The notes under the pieces were generated by a model. The model did no database searches. It had not been told where the DNA came from and saw only the letters and a list, made by a program, of their open reading frames with translations. Below are positions 12,501 through 26,189 of a stretch of DNA of 64,000 bases, piece by piece. This stretch comes from Piromyces finnis finn (Eukaryota; Fungi; Neocallimastigomycota). The first letter of the stretch is position 1, and each line of letters begins with the position of its first letter. The DNA is taken from assembly GCA_002104945.1 (NCBI GenBank), contig MCFH01000018.1, forward strand, positions 372,001-436,000, read 5' to 3'. Position numbers and translations under genes: made by a program.

Positions 12501-13531
12501 TTTAAAATTTGTATTGATTTCATTTTGAATACTTATTTTTTCTTTTAATTCCTTTATTTCTATGGATCTTTTATTGGCAATTTCAATATATTTTTCTAAA
12601 TCATTTGTCCTTTTTTGAAGATTATATTTTGTTTTATTAAGCTCTTCTTTTATATTGGATAAATTATTTTCATAATCCTTTTCTAATTCTTCCTTCCTTG
12701 CTAGTTTTTTATTATAATACAATAATTTTTCTTCTTTTTTACACAGTTCTTCACTTTTTATTTTTAATTCCTCTTGTAATGCATCCAATTTTTCATTATA
12801 TTCATTTTCATACTCTAATTCCATACTATATTGATTTCTTTTTATTTCATTTTCTAACTTTGTTTTTATTTGTTTCCATTCTAAATAGTCAGTATTATAT
12901 TTCTCTTTATAATTTTTTAATTGTGCATTAATAGATTCACATTCTTCTGTTTTATTTGCAATAATTTCTTGAAGTGATTTTAATCTTGCATCATTTAAAT
13001 CTGCTATCCTTTGAATATCTTTTTTATAATTTTTACTTAGTTCTTGATATTCATCTTGAAGACATCGATAATCCATTTCTAGTTTTATGAATTTATTCTT
13101 TAAAAAAATATTATTATATATTTTTTAATTTTTTAATATAGTATTATTATTTTATTTATTGACATTATTTCTTTAAACAATTAATATATTTTACATACAT
13201 TATTTATATTTTTATTATCATTATTATTTTTATTATTCATAGAAGTTAAATTTTGAAAAATAGATGGTTCATCTGAAGTTAAAGTATGTTTATAGATTAA
13301 AGATTTTGACTTGATATTTTGATATTCTTTTTTTTTTGATTTTGGGAAGATAGATATATTTTCATCATGATCACTTTGAACTTGTTCTAATTTATCTTTA
13401 TTCCCTTTATCAGGAAGCTTTAAAAAAGAAAGCGATAGAATAGAGGAAGAAGTACTAGTTACATCTTCTTCTTGGTAATTTGATAAATCTGTTATTGAAT
13501 AATCACCCGGAGATGAAGATGTTACATCCAT
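9524..13531 (-). CDS. Large coiled-coil protein of unknown function (multi-exon)
   Basis: ORF-track segments 13181-13531, 11877-13076 and 9524-11581 are on the same strand and separated by short AT-rich gaps. There are GT donors (NN|GTATGT ~13198; KKE|GTAATA ~11892) and an extra acidic exon at ~11640-11740. The protein is E/K/N-rich with heptad character throughout and has no recognisable globular domain. Confidence 0.75.
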
Positions 13532-13925
13532 TTTCTTTTTTTTTTTAAGATAGATTAATATTTATTTTTTTTTTAATTATATGTATATTTTCAAATATTA
13601 TTTTAATAAAATATTATAATAATATATCAGATTGTAGTATAAAATTTAAATATTTTTCTTTTTAAACTTCTATACATTATATAATATAATATATTATATT
13701 CGTTTTAGTGTTTTAGTGTTCTGTCTATTTTTTTTTTTTTTAATAAATTGTATTTAAAATAAATATTCAAAACCATATTTACTACTTTAAAAAGTTTAAT
13801 TTTAAATACTATCTTGATTATTCATTATAATTTTTAATACTAGTACAATTATTCTATATTTCATTTTCTTTTGTTTATTTTCTTTTCTTTTCTTTTTTTT
13901 TTATTATAAGAAAATAATTCGAATA

Positions 13926-13960
<35 letters not shown>

Positions 13961-15202
13961 ATAAAATTATATTTATATTTTTTTTAAAAAAAAGAATTTT
14001 TTATGTATAATAAAGGATTAAGAAATAGAATTTTTTAAATCATGATTATTTATATTTCTATATTAATGTTTTTATAATTATTTAAATTTTTGGATTATTA
14101 ATTAATTTGTATATATCTCTTTCATGCCTTTTTTTTTATTTTTAAAAAGTGTACTATTTCAAATGGCTTTAATTATGATTTCTTTTTTTCTACACACAAT
14201 TTTATATATTGATAATTTAAGAATTTAATTATTTTAACCTTTATATAATTTTAAAGCAACAATTATTTGTGTATTTATAGTTAATATTTCATTTTTTTTT
14301 TTTTTTTTTTTTTATTTGTAAACTTTATTTAGATATTTATTAAATGTTATTGATTTATTTTTATTTTTATTTATTTTTTATTATTCTTTTATTATTATTG
14401 TTATTATTTTTTATTTTTAGTTATAAATGTCAATAGCAATACTTTTAATATTGTTTCTATATTACTTTTTATATATATATTGGTGATACATTGAATTTTT
14501 TTTTTTTTTTTTTTTTTTAAAAAATATACATTTTTATTAATGAAAATGCAGAAATGAATAATATTTCAACAAATTAAAAAAAGAAGAATATATAGAATAA
14601 GATAAAAAAAAAAAAAAAACATATTTATAATTAAATATAAACAAAAGTGTATATAAATACAAATTAACAATGATAAAAGAAAAAAAAAAAAAAAGTGAAA
14701 AAAATGGATGAATAAATGATCATATTTAAAATATATTGATATATGATTTTTTTTTAATTCATTCTTAATGAATATTTAACCCTAAATTAATCTTTTTACT
14801 TAATATTGATAAAAAAAATTGGTTTATATATTATTTTATATTATATGTATTTTTTGAATAATTATTGAATTTTTTGGTGCTTGTTTGTTTACTTGGTTTT
14901 TATAATATTTAAATTATAAAATTAACATTCTTTATGAAAATATAATTTTCTTTTATTATTTTATATTATTTTTTTTCTTCAAAATTTACTTTTCTTAATA
15001 ATTATTGAAATAATATATTCTAATAATTTTTAAGTAAATCATATTAAAAATGATTCACATAGGTAATATTAACAATAACAACAATAATAAAAGAATAAAT
15101 CACTTTTTTTTTTTTTTAAATATTAAATTTTCCCATCATTACTATTAATATTATTTTTATTACATAAAAATTCTATTTATTTTATTTGAGTTTATATTTA
15201 GT

Positions 15203-17050
15203 TCATTGAGTTTGACCTAAGCTTAATAATAAATTAGATAAGCACCTCTTTGTATTATTATCATCCTTAATAATATGTAATATAGTTAAATCGTTGAATG
15301 CATTTGGGAGATATTTACTTAAAATTTCACGAATCCTATTTTTATAATAAAAAAATATATTTATTTGTTAGTAATTATTAATCATTTAAAACTTCACAAT
15401 AACTGTATTACATACTTTGGATTTTCAGCTAATCTTGCATAACATCTAATAACATATTTTGCAATTGGAAGGGATTGAGTTGTTGCTAATGAGTCAAGAA
15501 CTAATTTTAATGTAATTTCTACAGCACGGAATCTATTAATACTTTGACAGATATAGATAAGACCAGTATCACAACAAAGAATTTTGTATATTATAATAAT
15601 TGCAAACTATCCCATTTGAAATAATAATAATAATAAACATAAAAATAATTATAAAAAAATATTTACTTTTGTATTCTTTAAAAATAACAATAAAAAAGAA
15701 AAAAAAAAAGAAAAAATCCTATAATATATTTAATTTTGAAATTCATACGTTTTTTTCTGCATCAGTTCCAACTTCCAAAATACGTAAGAACAATGGAATA
15801 ATTTCTGAAGAAATAAGAAATTCAATGGCATCTTTATTATCGTTCTATTGAATCATGGAATATAAATTTTAAATTATATAATTTTAATAAAATATTGGTT
15901 TTATAAATGAATGATGATTTATATCTTTATAATTATGTCGTCCTTCCAAAAAGGCAATATTTACTTTAACCATTGAGCTAATCAAGAAGAGAGTAGCTTT
16001 TCTAAGATATTCAATAGATCTATTTCTATTATTTGTTTTTAAAAAGGGATACAAGAAATATAATATATGGGCTGAAATAAAAAAAAAAAAAAAAAAACAT
16101 ATTAAAAAAACATTAAGAATAAGTAAATTAAAAAATTAATGTTATTTAAATTTAAATATATTATTTAATAATATTTAAATAATATTATTAATTTTTCAAT
16201 ATTATTAAATTTTTATATACTTCTTAAAAAAAAGCCACGAGTGTCATTATGAGATGCTATACATTGAAGAAGGTTAATAGCACAACCAGCTCTATTTAAT
16301 AATTGATTTGTAATATTAGGGGATAATAAATATGGGTATATTGATACAATTTCTTGTAAAAGAATTGTCATAACACCTATTAAAACAGCAACAACAATAA
16401 TAATTATAATATTAATAATAATATAATTATCATAATTTTTCTTTTTTTATTTTATGTTAATTCATCATTATTTTTATTATATCTAATAGTATTAAATATA
16501 TTCAACTATTCTATTCTATTATTTATTCATTATACTATAATAGATTTTAAAATTATATTTAATATTATTTACCAAATGAATTCCATAAGATTGGAGCTAA
16601 ATCTTCGTAGGTATCTTTTTTTTTATTTAATTCAACTAGAGCTTGTTCCCTTGTAGCAGGATCGAGAAGCTCTAATATATTCTGGAAAATTTTTTCATAT
16701 TGGGCATTATTTTGGTTTAAATTTCTTTGTTGTTGTTGTTGTTGTTGCTGTTGTTGCTGTTGTTGTTGCATACCTAAAGGTACACCACTACCAATATTCG
16801 ATGTGTTTGATCCTACTGAGGTATTAATATTGTAAGATGAATAATTTTCATTTGAAGAAATATGATTAACCATATTATTCATATTATTTAAGTTTTGATG
16901 AATTGGTGAAACAATAGAAGGCATTGGATTTGGACCAAGATTCATGCCTGATCCTTGTTGTTGTTGTTGCTGTTGCTGTTGTTGGTAAAAGAATTGGGCT
17001 AATTGTGGATTTGGGGTATGATGTAAACCCATAGAATTCATTGAATGCAT
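15203..17050 (-). CDS. caf40: CCR4-NOT subunit Caf40/Rcd1/CNOT9 (divergent), with poly-Q N-terminal extension; 6 exons
   Basis: ARM-repeat motifs across exons: [33 protein letters not shown]|[35 protein letters not shown]...[47 protein letters not shown]. Stop TGA at 15203-15205. Confidence 0.93.
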
Positions 17051-18639
17051 TTTTTATAATGTTTAATTATACGTTAATTATGAAAATTAAAACAAATTTT
17101 AAAATAAATATCTTAAAAACAAAAAGTGTATGATAAATTCAATGGAATTTGAAAGAGATTATTGTTAGCAAAAGAAAATAATAATATTGATAAAAAAAAA
17201 GAATATGCTATTAAAGTATTATTATTAATAAAACAAAGTTTCTGATAATATTTTCTTTATTATATATCGATATAAAATTTGTTTATGTTTATAGTTATGA
17301 TTATTATTAAGTATTTATATACATTTCAGAAAAATATTAAATAATTAGTAAATAAATAATTAGTATTATTATGCTTATATTTATCAAATTTAGTATAAGT
17401 GGAAATATATATATATACTTCTTTTTTTTTTTTTTTTTTTTTCTTTTTGCTCAAGTGTAAAATTATATTAAATTGATATTATACTATGAAATTATTTTAT
17501 AAATAATTTATTAATACCAAAATATAATTTTTTTTTTTTCGAATTTATTATTTTGTAATATTATATAATTTTTAAGCTGATATATAATATTATTTATATA
17601 TCTTGTTTTGTTTATTTATTTTTTATTATTTTTTATTTATTTATTTTAATAAATAAATTACAAAGAGAAGAAGAAGAAGAATAATAATAATAAAAAAAGT
17701 TAAACCAAATGAATTTATACAAAAAAAAAAAAAAAAAAAAAATAATAATAAATTTAATATGAAAAATAAATAGAAAAAAAAGATATATCAGTTTCTTAGT
17801 CATTAATTATAAAATCTTAATTTAATTAATATAGAATTTTATAGATTATTATTATATATTAAAAAAATATATATAAATAAAAAAAATTATAATATATTAA
17901 AAAAAAAAAAACTTAAAGGCAATTATATGGTTTATGGTTTAATAAACAAGTATTTTCTTTTTTCTTTCTTTCTTTCTTTTTTTTTTTTAAATAAACTGTC
18001 TTTTATTATGTTAATTCTTATATTTAGTTGAATAGGTTTAACAATTAATTGTTTAGAATAACTATATTATTTCGAAAAACATATTCTTTAAAAAAAAAAA
18101 AATTATATTTTTCAAAATCCCTAATTATTTATATTCATTTATTTTATTGTAAAACCAGTAAATAATATCCTTTTTTTTTTTTTTTTTTTTTTTTATTACA
18201 TATTACATATTATAATAAAGGACAAAGGATTAAAACTCTTAATGATAATCTTTTTGTAATATTTGTATGTTGCTTTTTTCTTGTTTCTGTTGGAACATAT
18301 CAAACCGAAACTTTGTGAAACTAATAATAATAATAAAAATCTTATACTATTAATTTTAAAACACTAGAAAATTTAGAAAATCATTTATGCTACACACCTT
18401 ATATATTTTATCTTTGAATTTATTAAACTTTTTCTACATGTAAAGAATTTAAAATTCATATTTAATTAAAATCACTTTGTTTTCAAATTTTTATAAACAT
18501 ATAATAATGCTAATATCATTATTTATAGTATTGTTTCTATTTTATATTATCTTCCATGTAATTATTTTTAAATATTAAATATTTATATTCTATAGGTAAT
18601 CTTTTTTGTAAAAAAAAATATTGCCAAAATCTGAACAAT

Positions 18640-20453
18640 TTAATATCTATTATTATTACTTGGAAGATGTGGTCTAGAATTTCCTGGTGGTGGACGAGAT
18701 GGACCTCCTGCACTTGGTGACGATCTTGGTGGATGAATAACAGGACTATTTCTTGGTGAATTTCTTGGTCCATGAGCTGGGCTGTTTCTTGGAGAATCAC
18801 GTGGTCCATGCATAGGCTTATTTCTTGGAGAATCTCTTGGAGATTCTTTTGGGGAATCCCTTGGTCCAAATGGAGGACGAATAGGATTATTTCTTCCAGA
18901 ATCTTTTGAATCTTGATGTGCTAATACTCTTGGTGAATCCCTTCCGGAAACTTGACGTGGAATGATTCCTGGTGAATTTCTAGAATCACTATGTTGTGGT
19001 GGAGGAGGATGAGAAGCATTAGATCCTGGTGATCCTCTTGATCCATTATGTTGTGGTGGAGGAGGATGAGAAGCATTAGATCCTGGTGAGCCTCTTGAAC
19101 CATTATGCTGTGGTGGAGGAGGATGAGAAGCATTAGATCCTGGTGATCCTCTTGAACCATTATGCTGTGGTGGAGGAGGATGAGAAGCATTAGATCCTGG
19201 TGATCCTCTTGAAGCGTTATGTTGTGGTGGAGGAGGATGAGATGGATTTGACTGTGGGGATATTCTTTGTTGAGGCTGATGTGTCATTCTTGGTGAAACT
19301 ACTGGTGACATTCCAGGAGATTGATATGGTAAATTAAAGGAATCTGATTTTTGAAGAAGTGGAGCATTAACACTATTTAATGATTCACCTAATTTTTATC
19401 GAATAGTTAAAAAAATTATTTTATAAAAAAATAAATATATTAAAACTTAATAATTATATTTTCACTTTTATATATAAATTTAAATAATCATACTTGATAA
19501 TTCCTTAGTTAATTGTTCTCTATATCTATCTCTTTCTTCTTGTCTTTTTTTCTCTAGTTCTTCTGCTTCAATTCTCTTTTCTTCATCGCGCTTATTTTTA
19601 TTTTTTGAATAAACCAATAAAGATATCAATACAACAACCAGCAATACACCCACAGCTATAAATATATATTTTGCGATTTTCAATAAATCTATTGGTTCAT
19701 CTTGAACATCGCAGCAAGGATCAGTTTTTTGGTGCATATTACAGTATTCCTCTTTTGCTGATTCTTCACGATAACCTTTTATTTTTGAACAATAAAATAA
19801 AATTTAAAACAATTAACACTAAAATTTATTTGTGAATATTTTTTTTCACTAAACTTACCACAATATCCTTTTTCATCTCCAGTACCAATTAAACATTCAT
19901 TTTCTTTTGATGTTTTTTCATCACAATGCTTTTTTATCAAATCAAGTCTTTTTTGTCTGTTTTCCATTAATTCCTCTGATGCTAGAGGACATACTATAGT
20001 ATTATTAAATACAGATTTAATAATATCATAATAAATTAAACAACTATTATTACAAAGAACCGGAAGACTATCTCTATTATTTTTATTACAATTTTTATCT
20101 ATTGAATGAAATATATAATCACAAAAAAAAGATTCAGCATATCTCATTTGGAATAATGTTGGTTCATAATTACAACCAAATTCCTCTTGTAATATTGAAG
20201 AATCTGCAGGGTATATAGGATTAAAATTTATTTGTCCGAAAGATTTATCAAAATCTTCAACATTGTTTACTTCCATGTGAAAATCTTTTGATAAAAATGG
20301 AGATAAATAAGTTGGATGTTTCTTATCTTTGGAGATATATTCTGTGCATTTTCTGGCTTCTTTAAAAGCTATACAATCTTTTTTCACACATTTTATTGGG
20401 GTAATAACCAAAAATACTATAAATAATTTATTTATTATTCGATTCATTAACAT
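18640..20453 (-). CDS. Type-I membrane protein: signal peptide, Cys-rich (Frizzled/MID1-like) ectodomain, one TM helix, Pro/Ser-rich cytoplasmic tail; 3 exons
   Basis: ATG at 20453 (the ORF track starts at TTG 20459). Exon 1 ends YC G|GTAAG (~19856). Exon 2 reads GYREESAKEEYCNMHQKTDPCCD, then TM YIFIAVGVLLVVVLISLLVY. Exon 3 starts at 19388 and is in frame with the 18640..19311 ORF. The ectodomain has about 16 Cys. Confidence 0.8.
18975..19245 (-). repeat. 57-bp coding tandem repeat (HPPPPQHNGSRGSPGSNAS x4 plus a partial unit)
   Basis: Near-identical repeats of tgtggtggaggaggatgagaagcattagatcctggtga.cctcttga are directly visible at 57-nt spacing. Confidence 0.95.
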
Positions 20454-23114
20454 TTTCAATGTTACTAAAATTTGATTTTGATTTGTTTATAAAATTTTGT
20501 AATTAGAAAATTTTGGTTATTTTTATCCAACTATCTTTTAATTTTATGTAAATTATTGGTTATTTTTCTTTTAATCTATATATTGTTTATTTATTTTTTA
20601 TTAGAAAAATATTTCAATGATTAAATTCTATAATTACTTAGAACTTTAGGTAAATAGTAGAATTTACTTTTATATTATTTGTATCAAATCTCTTTTTTTT
20701 TATTTTTTTTTTTTAAAAATGAGATTTATGTTTCTTATATAATATTAATGGAAAGATTCTAAAACTCTTAATAATAACTTTTAATATAAAAAAGTTATTG
20801 CTATTATAGCTATACTAAGTTTTTTTTTTTTTTTTTTTTTTTATTATTGTTGATATATATTTTATTAATATCAATTTTTACCAAAAAAAAAAAAATATTT
20901 TGTATAAACTGAGTTTAGGTTCTTTTTAAGAAATGAAAATAATTACTATTATTATTGTTATTATTTTGTTTCTTTAAATATTTCTATCTTATTTTCCTTT
21001 AACTTTTATTCTAATTCTTTTTAATTTTTATTTTATTTTCAAATGTTTTCTTTGTTAGAATTTATTACATCATTTTGACAATAAAATTATTAAAATAAAA
21101 AAGAAAAACAAAATTAATAAATGTTAAAAAAAAAAAAAAAAGAAAAATAAAGTTTTATCCTTACAAATAATAAAATAAAAATATAATAATTAAACTTTTA
21201 ATAAATATTATATTCATTTCTTAAAAGTAAAATAGGATAAATTTATTAAATTATTTTATAATTATCATTCTATTTTATGTGATATATTTTACTTGTCAGC
21301 CATAAATTAAGAATATAATTAATAAATTATCATTGAATAGATAGTTATAAAATATTTTTTCAAGCCATTAACATAAAGATATTAAAAATTCAAATTACCG
21401 TTATTAATAGATGAATTATCAAGCCACTTTTTATTATCTTTATTCAATAGAATAATTATTAAATTTTAAAAATTAATAAGCCATAATTAATATATAAAAA
21501 ATACAATAATAATATATATCTATAATTAAAAAGATGTTTAGCTAATAATAATATATTATCATTCTTTTATTTAAATGATATTTCATTTACTTTTTTTAGA
21601 ATTTGAATAATAAATAAATTATACTCTTTAATATATTACAATATATAATAATATACACATATTCACATTTATTAAACATATAAATTAAAATAATTATATA
21701 TTTTATAATATTAAATTATCATAATTATTTATTATATATTATATAATTTAAAATTAATTTAATTCTAATAATTTTTATGTAAAATATAATTTAGATTTTA
21801 ACATTTTATATATACATTATTAATTGAACATTTATACTACTATCCAATAATACGTGCATATAATATATTATCAATATATATTATATTTAACGAATGAATT
21901 TATCGTATTAAATAAAAAAATAGCTTTGAATTAAAAATAAATAAAATTTTTGAATATAAACTTTAAATCTATTTAATTTTAAATTAAATTGAAACGTTTT
22001 TCGAATTAATAATTAATAAGTAAAACAATATTATTTATATGAAAGTCATATTAAATATTAAATGTAACATAATATAAACGAAAAGGTCTTACTATTATTC
22101 ATAATAATAATATATTGTAAATATATCTTTTTCATATAATCCATTATTCTATGATATTAGGTATCATTAACATAAACTAATTAAAAAAGAAATTAATAAA
22201 AATACTTTTTAATATATTAATTCAGTTGATATTATAATTTGAATTTTACTATGAATGAAAAGTGTTTTTTTTTTATATAAAACTATTATTGTTAAGGATA
22301 TAATTCTATTATTATAATGTTTTTATAATTGTACTTTTTTGAAACAACATACAACATGATATCAAAATTTTTTTTATTCCATCTAACTAACCTAGGATAT
22401 TATTAAAGGTTAAATTTCAATATAAATAATACTTTAATATGATTGATCCAATTAGTGTTTTATTTCTCTTTGAAAATACATTGTATTACCTTGAATTTTT
22501 AATTTGTACAACCATATAAAAATGCATAACAAATATAAAAATAATGGGTGAAATGAAAAAGAAATTAATATGATGTATAATGGTTGACATTGAAAGAATA
22601 TTAATTAATAAAAATCTACCTTTTATTTTCTATAAAAATAATATCACATATATTTAGAATATATTTAAAATATATTTATAATTATTTGTGGAGAAATGAT
22701 ACAACCAGAATGATATTATAATTCATATAAAAATATAAAATAATAGAGAAGCAAAAAAGAATTCTAACTTTATTTTTGTCATTAATTTATAGTTTTAATC
22801 TTTGACCTATGTAAAGGATATTAAGATTTATTGATAAAAGTCTTTTTTTTTTTTTTATTAGGTATAAAAAAATAGATATACAAAAGTAAAACTTTGATAT
22901 TTAAGTTTTTTTAATTTATTACAATTTACTAATTTATTTATTTTATTATTATTATTATTATTATTATTTTATTTTTTTTTTACAATTATTATAGTTTAAA
23001 ATATTTTTTACATATTCATATATTCATGGATCAAAGTATTTCAAAAGTGTTAAAAATAAAATGAATGAAAATGGATAGTAAATTATAAATAAATATTTAC
23101 AATATTTACATTAT

Positions 23115-26100
23115 TCAATTTTGTACAATTAAAACATTATCTTGAAAGATATTTGTGACATTTTCATTAATTTTATTATTTTTCTCTTTTTCAGTTAAAT
23201 CATCCTTTGTAAATAATTCTAACCAATCAAAAATCTGTTTATACCAGAATAAAAGATTTGCTTGTTTTAATACCCTATATATATATTCATTATTGTTTAC
23301 ATAATGTAATTAAGGAATGAGAAAGTTAAATTTTATTATTTATATTTTAATAATATAATAATAAAAATCTGAAATTAATATTTACCAATGATTCTCATCA
23401 GGGAAATATAACAATCTTGATTTAATACCTAAACGTTGAAGTGCAGTAAATGTAGCAATACCTTCACTTTCGGTTAATCTGTAATCCTTTCCTCCATGAA
23501 TAACTAAAGTAGGAGTCTTCCAATTCTTTTTTTTTAAAAAATAAAAAAAAAAATTAATAAATTATATCATTAAAAAAAAAAAACTAATAAAAGCATATAA
23601 AATTTTATTACTTCAACATATTCTCTTGGATTCCATTTATCATAAAGCTTCTTTGCATTTTTATCCCATGGTGTACCTCCGAATTCATATTCAGTAAAGA
23701 ATAATTCTTCTGTAGTGAAATAGGCATTAATGGTATCGAAAATACCATCATGATTAACTAAACATGCAAATCTATCGGTATGTCCATTAATCCAATTAAC
23801 CTTTTTTTTTTTTTTAATAAATTTTAATATGAAGATTTTAATATATTATATTTTAATTTAAACAAAATTAAATACCATACCATATAACCACCATAAGAAG
23901 CACCTAAACCACAAACTTTAGAACTATCAATAAACTTGTATTTATCCAGGACGTAATCTAAACCTTTCATTAGATCATCATAGGAATCATTACCCCAACT
24001 TTTTGATACAGCTCTTTGGAATTTTTCACCATAACCAAGAGAACCGTGGAAATTAATGGCTACAACAGCATATCCAGCGCCAGCATAAGATTGAACATTC
24101 CATCTATAGCCAAAACTATCATCCCATGCACCTTGTGGACCTCCATGAACTTATATATAATATTGTATTAGATTATAATTTCAATCATAAAAAAAAAACC
24201 ATTTTCTTTTTCTACTTATACATACTTAAAAATGCTAATGGATACTTTTTTGATTCATCAAAGTTAACTGGCTTAAGGAACCAACCGTGAATTAAATCCT
24301 TAAAAAAGTTACATTAATATAATTTAATTTAATAATGAATATTTATGAATACCATTTTGAATAGAAAAAAAATAAAATACCTTATTATGACCATTGAAAT
24401 AAAATTCTTCTGGTTCAGAAACGCTAACTTCTTGAACGAAATCATTATTAATAGCACTAATTTGAAGTAAACCAGCTTCACTCTTTGGTGGTTCAATCAT
24501 AATTTTTTTATCTTCATTTTCTACTTTAAGATCATCCCATGATGTAACTTCCAATTTGTAAATTTCTTTTGGTTTCATCATTGTACTTCTAGTAAATATA
24601 AGAATTTCTTCTGCATTATCATTAAATTGTCCCTTTGGAATAATGTGAATATTACCATTATTTCCTGTACCAATTAACTCTTTTACAATTAAAGATTCTT
24701 CATCCATGTTGGGCTGCTTATCCTTGTTTTTATGTTGTTCATTTATAGATTTTATTGTATCATCTAATTTTATCATATAAATTTTAACTCTACCCAAGCT
24801 TGGCGCTGTGACATAAAGCATTGAAGAATTTAATGACCAAGTAATACTAGCTACAGATCTATCCCATTTTGGTACTAATTCTTTGTAAGTTTTTTGTTTA
24901 ATATTGTAAAGCATAATGCGATTCTTATCTGCTTCATAAGCTCTTTCTTTCATTTCAAGATAAGTTATCCATTGACCATCTGGTGAAATTCTTGGACTAG
25001 TATCATAACCTGGATTAGAACTTGTAAGATTTTCAATTGGCCCTGGAACACCTCCTACTGGATAATGTACAAGATAAATGTTAGTATTAGTATTCCAAGC
25101 TTGACTTGGTTCTTCAACTCTTGAGGAAAATGCAATTGTTTCACCATCAGAAGAGATTGAAAAATCACCAGCATCACCAAATGGAGCTATTGGGCATTCC
25201 ATGCGCTGTCCACTCATAATATTAACTGGTTCATTTTTTAAAGTAAATTTATCTTCTTCAACCTTAAGGTCAACAACAAAAAGTTGTTCACGACTTTCAA
25301 TATATAATAAGAAAGAAAGTAAAAAAAAAGAAAATTTTTTTAATATATAATATATTAAAAAATAATATATACATTATTTCATTTCAATTTCATTAATTGA
25401 TAATACAACTATAGAATGAAATTTCTACTTTAAGCTATTTTTAATTTCAAATATTTATTAAAATTTAAATTCAAATTATGATTGTTTAAAAGTAAGATGA
25501 TAAATCATTTAATGACAATATTTATAAATTAAAACCAGAAAAGAAAATATTTACTTAAAATATATGAAAAAGTAAAAATATTATATTTACATTTTTGGTT
25601 TTAAGAAAGTATCCCAATGTCTAATAAAAAGATTATCATATACCATACCAGAAGTAAATTTATTATCTTCATGTTCAACATATGTGTCATCATTTACCAT
25701 TGTTCCATCAAGTAAAGATTGCGCACTAAATATTAAACGATTTGCTTTTTTATTGTAAACAACATTACTAATGCTTGTGGTACAATGTGTTAACTGTACC
25801 ATAGTTTCATTTTTAAGAAAACCTAAATTATTAAAATCAATTGGAACATACCAAAGTTGAATTTTTCCTGAACGATTTGATAAGAAAGCAATAGTGTTAT
25901 CATTTAACCAAAATGGTGATAAATCAGCGTGATCTGAAGTTAATTGAAAAGTTGAATTAGTTTTAAGGCTTGTTAAATATAAATTTTGTTCTTTCTTATT
26001 TGTATCTGGAATATATTTATTTATATCATATACTATGTATTCTGAATTTGGAGAAAGTGAGACAGTATTAATTCTTCTGACTTTAACCAAATCTAATGGA

Positions 26101-26189
26101 GTAAATGAATGCATTTCTGCTTTAACTAAATTGATTGTATATATAAATATAAATAGTAAAAAGAATTCAATATTTATTTTATAATTCAT
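23115..26189 (-). CDS. dpp5: Secreted dipeptidyl-peptidase V (S9 prolyl oligopeptidase family); about 7 exons
   Basis: N-terminal signal peptide and beta-propeller/PD40-like region (PFGDAGDFSISSDG; NPGYDTSPRISPDG). Catalytic domain VHGGPQGAW...INFHGSLGYG...GLGASYGG (Ser), LVIHGGKDYRL (Asp), IFPDENHW (His). Stop TGA at 23115-23117. Confidence 0.93.

Noticed and set aside
18975-19245. CRISPR-like or satellite array
   Set aside because: It is a head-to-tail 57-bp coding repeat with no unique spacers, in a eukaryotic gene.
23115-26189. Recent horizontal transfer of the S9 peptidase
   Set aside because: It has several spliceosomal introns, a signal peptide, host-like codon usage and a typical fungal DPP5 layout. 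Nothing in the sequence indicates recent HGT.
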